Source of the DNA: a virus
Taxonomy: Duplodnaviria; Caudoviricetes
DNA length: 34,244 bases
Virus record (IMG/VR): IMGVR_UViG_3300048597_000593
Coordinates: 1 to 34,244 of that record
Reading direction: 5' to 3' (one strand)
The notes beneath the pieces were generated by a model, which saw nothing but the letters and a program-made list of their open reading frames with translations, did not search any database and was not told where the DNA came from. Positions 1-6,723 of this stretch are shown piece after piece (the first letter of the stretch is position 1; every line of letters starts with the position of its first letter). The position numbers and the translations under genes are program-made.

Positions 1-213
1 GCCCGTAACTTGCCAGGTGCAACCACGAAGGTTGGTGGCAAACTTATCCCCCGGACGTAACTGGCAAGCGGGAATTTTATTTGTCTCCATTGCCCGGTGG
101 TAGGCTTTAGCTGTGCCAAAAACTTCCATGGCTACCCTCAATCCGGCGATCCACTGTTGGGCACGGTTTCGGGTATAGGTTGGGATTTCACTGGGGGGAA
201 ATTTGCTGGGCAT
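1..213 (-). CDS. Hypothetical phage early protein (partial, runs off window)
   Basis: Read manually: ATG at 213, MPSKFPPSEIPTYTRNRAQQWIAGLRVAMEVFG..., open to position 1; overlaps end of upstream ORF. Confidence 0.55.
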   Translation of the reverse strand, partial: MPSKFPPSEIPTYTRNRAQQWIAGLRVAMEVFGTAKAYHRAMETNKIPACQLRPGDKFATNLRGCTWQVTG

Positions 214-346
214 TTTTGATTTTTTGGGTGTTCTTGTAGATGCGATTGATTTGGAGTTTGGCGATCGCCTTTCGCTCCTGTTGGGCTTCCTGGCGATACT
301 TGGCTAGGATTTCGTGGTAATCAGGGTCGCTGGGGGAGAGGGGCAT
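188..346 (-). CDS. Hypothetical protein (52 aa, MPLSPSDPDYHEILAKYRQ...)
   Basis: ORF track 188..445 trimmed to ATG 346, which has a GGAGG RBS; the upstream part overlaps another ORF. Confidence 0.6.
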   Translation of the reverse strand: MPLSPSDPDYHEILAKYRQEAQQERKAIAKLQINRIYKNTQKIKNAQQISPQ

Positions 347-485
347 GGGTTTCCTCCGGTTGATGTTCCATGGCCCCGCAGTGGAGGCAAGTCCAGACGG
401 GTTTGGTGGAGCCGGGGAAGTCAAGGAACAGGCAGTCTCCTCCACAGATGGGGCAAGGTTCGGAGTTAATTGGGTTAGTTTGCAT
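321..485 (-). CDS. Small Zn-ribbon protein (54 aa)
   Basis: Read manually: MQTNPINSEPCPICGGDCLFLDFPGSTKPVWTCLHCGAMEHQ...; CxxC...CxxC; GGAGGG RBS. Confidence 0.7.
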   Translation of the reverse strand: MQTNPINSEPCPICGGDCLFLDFPGSTKPVWTCLHCGAMEHQPEETHAPLPQRP

Positions 486-567
486 ACACCCTCCAGAGAA
501 CTAAGGCCACGGCCATGGGCAAATTCAGAATTAAAGTGGTGCCAAAGATGGTTGCAAAGTCATTCAT
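475..567 (-). CDS. Small single-TM peptide (30 aa)
   Basis: MNDFATIFGTTLILNLPMAVALVLWRVYAN; ATGA overlap with upstream stop, GGAGG RBS. Confidence 0.55.
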   Translation of the reverse strand: MNDFATIFGTTLILNLPMAVALVLWRVYAN

Positions 568-821
568 TTTGCACCTCCAAAATTAGGTGAAATCTTCCTG
601 GCTAATTCAGGCTCATTGCAACGGAATAAAAGCCAGAAATAGTCCAATTCCAACGGAGACAGTGCGGATAAAAGTTTCTGTACTTTTTGATAGCCAACGT
701 CTGTTTTTCCGTTTCTGAAACGGGAAATGTCAGATTCAGACACCCCGCTTTTGACAGCAAACTCGGAAGCTTTTATTTCGAAGTCTTTAAGGGTTAAATC
801 GAAGGCTTGGCTCATGTCCAC
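564..821 (-). CDS. XRE-family HTH transcriptional regulator
   Basis: ASEFAVKSGVSESDISRFRNGK HTH pattern; start may be ATG 815. Confidence 0.85.
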   Translation of the reverse strand: MDMSQAFDLTLKDFEIKASEFAVKSGVSESDISRFRNGKTDVGYQKVQKLLSALSPLELDYFWLLFRCNEPELARKISPNFGGAK

Positions 822-829
822 GGGAATCC

Positions 830-1288
830 TCAGAAGTTAATAACTTGGCTGGCATGGTTTTCAAACTCATGGAGTGGCACCAGATGCCCCCGTGTTACCC
901 AAGATTTGTTGCGGATATTACGGGTGGGATAATGCCCCCAATGCTTTAGCAACTTTGGGAAAAGCTTGGGTCGAAAAACATAAATCAATCGATCTTGGGG
1001 CAGTAGGTAAAAGAAGTAATCCGCCTGACAGGTGTAGGCCCAACCTCTTTTGTTGGGAAAGGCTGAATAGATTTCAAAAAATCCGTTACCTGTTGACGAT
1101 GCTTTCCTGTCGGACTTGACCTCTACAGTGCAGGAAATGTCGTCCCGCCGATGTTGAAAGTGGAAGTCAATGCCCCGCTTCTGGTCTGCCATGGTGGAGG
1201 GAGTAATAACCCAATCCCGCTGGAAGTGTTGGCGAATTAATTCTTCCCCCTCTGCTCCCTTGGCTAGTTGCTCTTTGAAGTCATACAT
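830..1288 (-). CDS. PD-(D/E)XK-type nuclease family protein
   Basis: G.EGE, GIDF and VEVKSD motifs; start trimmed to MYDFKEQL (overlaps upstream gene end). Confidence 0.7.
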   Translation of the reverse strand: MYDFKEQLAKGAEGEELIRQHFQRDWVITPSTMADQKRGIDFHFQHRRDDISCTVEVKSDRKASSTGNGFFEIYSAFPNKRGWAYTCQADYFFYLLPQDRLIYVFRPKLFPKLLKHWGHYPTRNIRNKSWVTRGHLVPLHEFENHASQVINF

Positions 1289-1499
1289 CTTCCGGCCCCC
1301 AGATACCCTCCTCGCTGTAACCAGCAACCTGTTTCCCCTCGCTGGACTCGTTTAAAGGGAGTTTGTAAACGTGAACATATTCTTCAGATGGATTGGATTC
1401 AACGAATTCTTTTAGCGTTGCCATTGCTAATTCAATGCAGTCATAGACGCCAACCATCTCGATTCCATTAGTGCTAGAAAAAACCAAATAAACATTCAT
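1281..1499 (-). CDS. Small hypothetical phage protein (72 aa)
   Basis: ORF track; in tightly packed operon; VYLV...VGVY pattern common in small phage proteins. Confidence 0.7.
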   Translation of the reverse strand: MNVYLVFSSTNGIEMVGVYDCIELAMATLKEFVESNPSEEYVHVYKLPLNESSEGKQVAGYSEEGIWGPEDV

Positions 1500-1508
1500 G
1501 GGAAACTC

Positions 1509-2837
1509 CTAAAACTCAGGTTCAACTAATGCACAAACCCAGCCCAGCCCATCAAAGACTTGGGCAAATTCTTTCTGCCGATCGCCGAGATACCAAAGGG
1601 CAGTGGTGAAAGTGGCAGAATCCCCGTCATTGCCGTAGTAACTGACGTATCCCTGCACAATGCAGAAGGGGGAAAAGTTACTGATTAAAGGCTTGAACCA
1701 ACCAACCCGACCATCAAACTTGCTGAGGAATACCACCTCTTTGCAGTGTCCTTGGACGTATTCATCGAGGGCTTTATTGACCCAGGTTTCCACGTCGGAG
1801 AATGGCGGATTGATAAAGACTGAACCCTCCCAGGTTTGCTCTAGCCCGTTGTCCTCTTTGGTGTAGTGGCGTTTAGCCTTGATGTTTTTGCCCGGATTGG
1901 AACAGGGGTCTAGGTCAAACTCAGAGCAAAACTGGTATAAAAAGTTAGTGATTTTTTCGGGGGTGTAATGCTCATCAGTCTTAGCTGATTTCTCCATACT
2001 GGTGAAGCGATTAGCCTCCTTTTTTTCTTCAACCGACAAGGGAGATGCGGCGGATTGGTCGGCCGTTTCCTCCAAGGCAAGCTTTGGGACGATGTGCCCC
2101 CCAATGGCAGTAAATTTAGAAACCTCCGGCACATAAGGCTTTTCGGTCTTTTGCTTAAATTCCTTGACGGTGCTAACTTCCCCAGTCTGGACAGCCTCCG
2201 CAAATTCTTTTTGCTTCTCTGGCTCCATCCTGGCCACTTCCACCAGTTGGGTTGTGGAGTTGGCGATCTCCGTATCCCGTAAGGTTTCCTTTACCTCTGG
2301 GACGATATTGCTGGCGATCTGTTTTCGCTTCTGAACTGAGTTTTTACTTAACCCAATTTCATCGGCAATGTCTTGGGTGGTTTTGGGTGGTATAACCGTT
2401 ACACTACCCAACTCACTATCTAAAAGTGGCGTTCCTTTTTCTTCCTGAGTGTATTGATTGCCGTTGAAACCAACCTTGGCCCGCAATCCCATTGCCTCCA
2501 TTAGTTCCTCGTACCGGGCGAGGTGTTCAGCCTGCTCTAGCACGGTCAACTCTTGGCGGCGCAGGTTCTCATCAATCTCGATAAGCTCTGCTTCGGTGCT
2601 ATCCACTTTATGCACAGAGCATTGAATAGACTCATGGCCCAGAGATTTGCAGGCTTCGAGTCGATGCAACCCTGCCATCAGGGTCACTCCACCTTCTGAC
2701 TCATAAACTGCGATGGGATTAATTAGTCCAATGTCTTCAATGGACTGGGCAATTTCCTTGACCTTCTTTAGGTTCAATGCCCGCAATCGATTGGGCGGGA
2801 CGCTAATTTCACTAATCCTGTAATCATCAAAATCCAT
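1509..2837 (-). CDS. ParB N-terminal domain / phage N6-adenine DNA methyltransferase fusion
   Basis: ParB-like GLINPIAV...AGLHRLEA...EIDENLRR; C-terminal FDLDPCS and NPPF motifs; start ATG 2837 in TGATG overlap with GGAGG RBS. Confidence 0.88.
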   Translation of the reverse strand: MDFDDYRISEISVPPNRLRALNLKKVKEIAQSIEDIGLINPIAVYESEGGVTLMAGLHRLEACKSLGHESIQCSVHKVDSTEAELIEIDENLRRQELTVLEQAEHLARYEELMEAMGLRAKVGFNGNQYTQEEKGTPLLDSELGSVTVIPPKTTQDIADEIGLSKNSVQKRKQIASNIVPEVKETLRDTEIANSTTQLVEVARMEPEKQKEFAEAVQTGEVSTVKEFKQKTEKPYVPEVSKFTAIGGHIVPKLALEETADQSAASPLSVEEKKEANRFTSMEKSAKTDEHYTPEKITNFLYQFCSEFDLDPCSNPGKNIKAKRHYTKEDNGLEQTWEGSVFINPPFSDVETWVNKALDEYVQGHCKEVVFLSKFDGRVGWFKPLISNFSPFCIVQGYVSYYGNDGDSATFTTALWYLGDRQKEFAQVFDGLGWVCALVEPEF

Positions 2838-2977
2838 CAGGCGATCCCTCCATAGTTGGTTTTGAAGTTGTTCCAGCGGCGCAATGCCGTATGGAGTTGG
2901 TTTTCTGTTTTCTCCCACTCGGTACGGCTTGGCACCGGAGGAAGGGTTGGCAGTAGTCGGGCGTTAGTTAGTTGCAA
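2837..2977 (-). CDS. Small hypothetical protein (46 aa)
   Basis: Read manually: TTG start after AGGAGG, MQLTNARLLPTLPPVPSRTEWEKTENQLHTALRRWNNF...; stop overlaps methyltransferase ATG. Confidence 0.55.
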   Translation of the reverse strand: MQLTNARLLPTLPPVPSRTEWEKTENQLHTALRRWNNFKTNYGGIA

Positions 2978-3213
2978 GGGATTCCTCCTGTTTTTTTTCG
3001 GCGTTTATTCCGGGCTTCTTCTATCTGCCGATAGGCTTCAGCCTTGGTGATTTTCAACCCGATCGCCAAACGAGCAATGGTTCTTTCCCCAATGCTTTGT
3101 CCGTTTAGAACACGGCAAAGGTACGCTGGATCAAGTCCAGTTTTTTCGGCGACCGCCCTTAAGGACATTCGATTCAAATTCATAAATCTCGTTAACTTGT
3201 TGGTCACCATCAT
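2968..3213 (-). CDS. Cro-like XRE HTH regulator
   Basis: SLRAVAEKTGLDPAYLCRVLNG; first gene of leftward early operon, divergent from repressor; exact start uncertain. Confidence 0.85.
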   Translation of the reverse strand: MMVTNKLTRFMNLNRMSLRAVAEKTGLDPAYLCRVLNGQSIGERTIARLAIGLKITKAEAYRQIEEARNKRRKKTGGIPCN

Positions 3214-3276
3214 CTTATTGGTGAACCACTAAAAAGTCAATAGCTTATTGACGTTTTTATTTAGAAGCGTTATTAA
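3212..3276. promoter_or_regulatory. Divergent sigma70-type promoters with palindromic operator
   Basis: Leftward TTGACT(3240-3235)-17-TAAGAT(3217-3212); rightward TTGACG(3248-3253)-17-TATTAA(3271-3276); palindrome GTCAATA-GCT-TATTGAC 3236-3252. Confidence 0.7.
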
Positions 3277-3302
3277 TTGGGTATGAACTACGGAGAAACC
3301 CG

Positions 3303-3662
3303 ATGAAAGCTGAAAGGTTGGCTAAATTGCTGGCTAGGCTACAAGGCAAAAAATCTCAGGCTTGGCTGGCTAAGGAAATGAACGTAACGCCTTCTCGCCT
3401 TGGAACGTATTTGAGGGGTGAGATTGATGACATATCTGTTGATTTTTTATCCCACGTAGCTGACTACATGGAGATTGGGCTTGATGAATTGGTGCGAGAA
3501 CTGGAAGGCAGGCAAAGGAGACTAAAAATTACCGCCCAGGAGCAAGGTGGGGTTTATAGGATAGTGAAATTTGAGGACTTGACTCCCAGCCTGGATCAGC
3601 TTGACAAGCAGGACGCAGTTAAGGCTATCAATTATCTTTCTGGGAAACTGATTGCCGTCTAG
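3303..3662 (+). CDS. CI-like repressor (XRE HTH)
   Basis: SQAWLAKEMNVTPSRLGTYLRG HTH; divergent from Cro-like gene, same strand as integrase; no S24 peptidase domain. Confidence 0.8.
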   Translation: MKAERLAKLLARLQGKKSQAWLAKEMNVTPSRLGTYLRGEIDDISVDFLSHVADYMEIGLDELVRELEGRQRRLKITAQEQGGVYRIVKFEDLTPSLDQLDKQDAVKAINYLSGKLIAV

Positions 3663-3693
3663 CTGTATGTGAAAGAGGGGGAAGCTATCGAGC

Positions 3694-4254
3694 ATGAGTG
3701 AGAAGAAACCAAGACAAAACTGGCCCCAAACACCGCTGGAGTGGTTGGGGGTCTTGGTGTTGGTTTTTCTGGCTTATTCAGCATGGGAGGCGGTTCACAA
3801 TATAGCCAGCCCGCCGGAAACAGAATCTACTAGGGCGATGGATGAATACAGCCGGTCAATTGAGGCGACGAATAGAGCGGTGGAAAAAGTTAAAGAGCGT
3901 GAAGCGAGGGAAAGCAGCCAGACAGCGTCGATCGCCGACTTGGAGCAGTCGCTAATCGGGAAATGGAGATATTGGGGGAGCCTGAACCACGGTGAGGACG
4001 AAGGACTGGACTGGACTATGGAATTTTTTGCTGATGGTAGTTATAGCCGGTTTGCTGAAACACCAGGAATAGAGAATCCTTATCGGGCTGGGGTTTATGA
4101 ACTTGTCGATGGGCAACTAAATACCACAGAACAAAGTTGTGGAAACGGGGAATGCGAAACAATCAACAACGCCGTCATGGTTGAATTCCCCAATACCAAC
4201 ACCATGTACATGGATAACGACGGGCTAATTATTGTGCTTAACAGAGAGTTTTAA
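3694..4254 (+). CDS. Membrane-anchored protein with C-terminal beta-rich (lipocalin-like GxW) domain
   Basis: N-terminal TM helix, charged helical linker, SLIGKWRY motif. Confidence 0.7.
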   Translation: MSEKKPRQNWPQTPLEWLGVLVLVFLAYSAWEAVHNIASPPETESTRAMDEYSRSIEATNRAVEKVKEREARESSQTASIADLEQSLIGKWRYWGSLNHGEDEGLDWTMEFFADGSYSRFAETPGIENPYRAGVYELVDGQLNTTEQSCGNGECETINNAVMVEFPNTNTMYMDNDGLIIVLNREF

Positions 4255-4283
4255 CCGATCGCCAGCTTCGCCGTCTTAACCAT

Positions 4284-4721
4284 TCAACCAAGAATAACGC
4301 CGATGGAATAGCAGGCGATGGCGGCGCAAAAGATTCCAATAATCCAGAGGAGATTAGCTTGCTTGCGAGAAATAACAGAATCGTAATCATCCAAAGCATC
4401 AACCCAACAACTGACAATGTAACCCTTATGAACTTCTTCCCCTTGCTTGAACCATTTATCTTCCAACAACACCGAAGGATGGGCCATGGGTCCAACATCG
4501 AAACCTCTGATATTGACGGCACACATAACAATCACGGCCAAGGAAAGAAGACAGACCGCAGTGCGAACCCATTGCAAATCAACATCGATCGCCAATCGAA
4601 TCAGGACAGCGGAAAACCCAATAAATACCTGAAATTTGGTGCTGTACCCCCTTAGAATGCCCGATGTTCTCTCAATGCAAAACTCCGTGTACTTGTAAAT
4701 CGTATCAATTGAATTATCCAT
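4284..4721 (-). CDS. Multi-pass membrane protein (about 3 TM)
   Basis: Hydrophobic segments FQVFIGFSAVLI, AVCLLSLAVIVMCAV, LLWIIGIFCAAIACYSIGVIL; ATG 4721 preferred over TTG 4739. Confidence 0.75.
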   Translation of the reverse strand: MDNSIDTIYKYTEFCIERTSGILRGYSTKFQVFIGFSAVLIRLAIDVDLQWVRTAVCLLSLAVIVMCAVNIRGFDVGPMAHPSVLLEDKWFKQGEEVHKGYIVSCWVDALDDYDSVISRKQANLLWIIGIFCAAIACYSIGVILG

Positions 4722-4866
4722 GAACCAAGAATCCCCCAAGTCCGATCAACCTAATGATACTCCCCCGCCCAAGCTGGAGGTTAACAAAATCAAGCCCGAC
4801 GCTGGGGACAAAAAACTTCAAGGCGACAGAGATACTGCCAACTTCAACGAACGGAAAGCAAACTAG
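4720..4866 (+). CDS. Possible small hydrophilic peptide (48 aa)
   Basis: MNQESPKSDQPNDTPPPKLEVNKIKPDAGDKKLQGDRD...; ends 6 nt before integrase; no clear RBS. Confidence 0.4.
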   Translation: MNQESPKSDQPNDTPPPKLEVNKIKPDAGDKKLQGDRDTANFNERKAN

Positions 4867-4872
4867 TCACCA

Positions 4873-5931
4873 ATGACAGACCCGATCGCCAGAGCCAATG
4901 CCAAGTTAGACCGGGTGAAAATTCGGCAGAAGGGGAAGTATTTATATTTGCGGGCCACGTTGCCGGATAAACACGGTGGGGAGAAATGGAAACAGGCCGA
5001 CGTAAGGACGGGTTGCCCCGCCAATGACAAAGGCTATAAAGCAGCCCTGGCCAAAGCCCAGAAAATGGAATCAGACCTGATTTTTGAGCGGTTCAATTGG
5101 GACGACTGGCTAGGGGAAAAAGAACAGGGGCTAGTGGTGCCATTGCGGAATAATATCGAATCCGCCATAAGGGGATTTACCCAAAGACATTGGGAGATAA
5201 ACCCCAAGACCCCAGCCAAAGAAAAGTATTTCTACAACGATTATTTAATTGCCTTCAACCAACTGCCCTTGGATGAACCGTTAACCGTGGCAACACTGCG
5301 GAAAGTCCTAGTGCAGACAGAACCAGATACCAGGGCCAGACAGCGGAACCACCACGCCTATACCTGCCTGGCCAAATATGCCGGATTGGAACTACCCCCC
5401 GACTGGAAAAAACTCAAAGGGAACTACAAACCAGCCCCCAGAATAGTGCCCAGTGATGAAGAAATTTTGGCGGTATGGGAAAACCTACCCGACGGCAAAT
5501 GGAAATGGGCCTACGGCATCATGGCCACCTATGGCATTAGAAACCATGAGCTAGCCAAACTAGACCTGACAGAATTTCCCATCCTGCGGATATTGCCCGA
5601 CACCAAAACCGGAGAAAGGCTGGCTTATCCCCTGCACAAACATTGGACCGATCGCCTGGGGTTGGCAGAATTTAACCCACCGGAATTTGGCAGTAGCAAC
5701 AACAGCACCAACGGGGACAGAGCTAACACCGCATTTCGTCGGATGAAAATCCCCTTCAATCCCTACGGATTAAGACATAGCTACGCCGTCCGGGGAGCCA
5801 GACTAGGCATCAGCCCCGCCATAGTCGCCAAGTGGATGGGCCATAGCCTGAGCGTCCACCACAACAGCTATCACCGCTGGCTAGACCAATGCGACTTCGA
5901 TGCAGTCTGGAATGCCCTAGGTAAAAATTAG
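4873..5931 (+). CDS. int: Tyrosine recombinase / phage integrase
   Basis: YGIRNHE (R), TKTG (K), LRHSYA, MGHS, YHRW (Y); cyanobacterial-type N-terminus YLRATLP. Confidence 0.95.
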   Translation: MTDPIARANAKLDRVKIRQKGKYLYLRATLPDKHGGEKWKQADVRTGCPANDKGYKAALAKAQKMESDLIFERFNWDDWLGEKEQGLVVPLRNNIESAIRGFTQRHWEINPKTPAKEKYFYNDYLIAFNQLPLDEPLTVATLRKVLVQTEPDTRARQRNHHAYTCLAKYAGLELPPDWKKLKGNYKPAPRIVPSDEEILAVWENLPDGKWKWAYGIMATYGIRNHELAKLDLTEFPILRILPDTKTGERLAYPLHKHWTDRLGLAEFNPPEFGSSNNSTNGDRANTAFRRMKIPFNPYGLRHSYAVRGARLGISPAIVAKWMGHSLSVHHNSYHRWLDQCDFDAVWNALGKN

Positions 5932-5960
5932 GGAATGGAAAAATTGATTTCTGAAACCCA

Positions 5961-6002
5961 AGCTGGTGACGGGATTTGAACCTGCGACCGACTGATTACA
6001 AA
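5961..6002 (-). other. att core: 3' half of tRNA-Thr(TGT)
   Basis: Reverse complement TT-TGT-AA TCAGT CGGTC GCAGG TTCAAAT CCCGT CACCAGC T = anticodon loop, short variable loop, T arm, acceptor 3' strand; no 5' half; 30 nt after integrase stop. Confidence 0.88.
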
Positions 6003-6138
6003 ACAATTTCAGAATTAAAGCAAAATCCCCAAACCACCGCAAAATCTAAGCCCTGAGACGTTTTCCTGTACCGCAGAAGACAGATAACGCAGATAAATTA
6101 AGTCAATTGCTAGGGAAGGGTTAGGGAGGAGATTGCCT

Positions 6139-6155
6139 CCGTATAAATCCACAAT
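6139..6155 (+). promoter_or_regulatory. Putative late promoter CCGTATAAATCCACAAT
   Basis: Identical to three - strand copies; upstream of the ATG at 6183. Confidence 0.8.
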
Positions 6156-6182
6156 GACGTTGATTCTCATTGCGGGGGCAAT

Positions 6183-6713
6183 ATGGCCAATCGGTATTTC
6201 AGGGGACAGGGTACAGTCAAAATTGGCACTAGGGATAGCGCCGGGGCCGCCGTTGGGCTGCGGTCGATTGGCAACTGTCCCATGCTCAATATTGCGATCG
6301 CCGAAGAATTTTCCGAGCATTACGAATCCGAAACCGGCGATCGGCGCATGGATTTAAAGGTGCGGACAAGCTTAAAAGTAGACATCACATTCATGATCGA
6401 AAGCTTCGACTTGGCCAATTGGCTGATGGCTTTCAATGGAGCGGAAGGAACCGGCGGCGCAGGGGAAGAAGTGGTGGAAGCCTTCAACGCTGACCGGGTG
6501 GATTACTATATGCGCTTTGAGGGGATGAACACCCTGGAGGGTAAAAATCCGATCACGGTTAATTTGTTTAAAGTTGACCTGTCCCCGCCATCCTCCCTGG
6601 ATTTGATTTCTGATGAGCTAGTCGGGCTGGAAATGACCGGCAGTGTTTTGTACGACAGCCTAAACGAAGACCTTGGTGGTTACTTCACCATCACCCAAGT
6701 AGCACCAGCGTAG
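6183..6713 (+). CDS. Tail tube-like protein (short paralog of 26615..27382)
   Basis: GTVKIGTRD/GTVHIGERD, EEFSEHYESETGD/QEFVEHMEHQSGD, YYMRFEGMNT/YYLFFQGYNT, LFKVDL/FYKVSF. Confidence 0.85.
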   Translation: MANRYFRGQGTVKIGTRDSAGAAVGLRSIGNCPMLNIAIAEEFSEHYESETGDRRMDLKVRTSLKVDITFMIESFDLANWLMAFNGAEGTGGAGEEVVEAFNADRVDYYMRFEGMNTLEGKNPITVNLFKVDLSPPSSLDLISDELVGLEMTGSVLYDSLNEDLGGYFTITQVAPA

Positions 6714-6723
6714 GAATAACTAA

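Noticed and set aside
4238-4655. Alternative ORFs 4238..4531, 4359..4655, 4447..4632
   Set aside because: Overlap the more convincing 3-TM gene; no features
5961-6040. Complete tRNA-Thr gene
   Set aside because: No 5' anticodon stem, D arm or 5' acceptor strand beyond 6002; only an att fragment
6015-6357. ORFs 6015..6320 (-) and 6133..6357 (+)
   Set aside because: Overlap the att arm, late promoter motif and tube paralog; no protein-like signal
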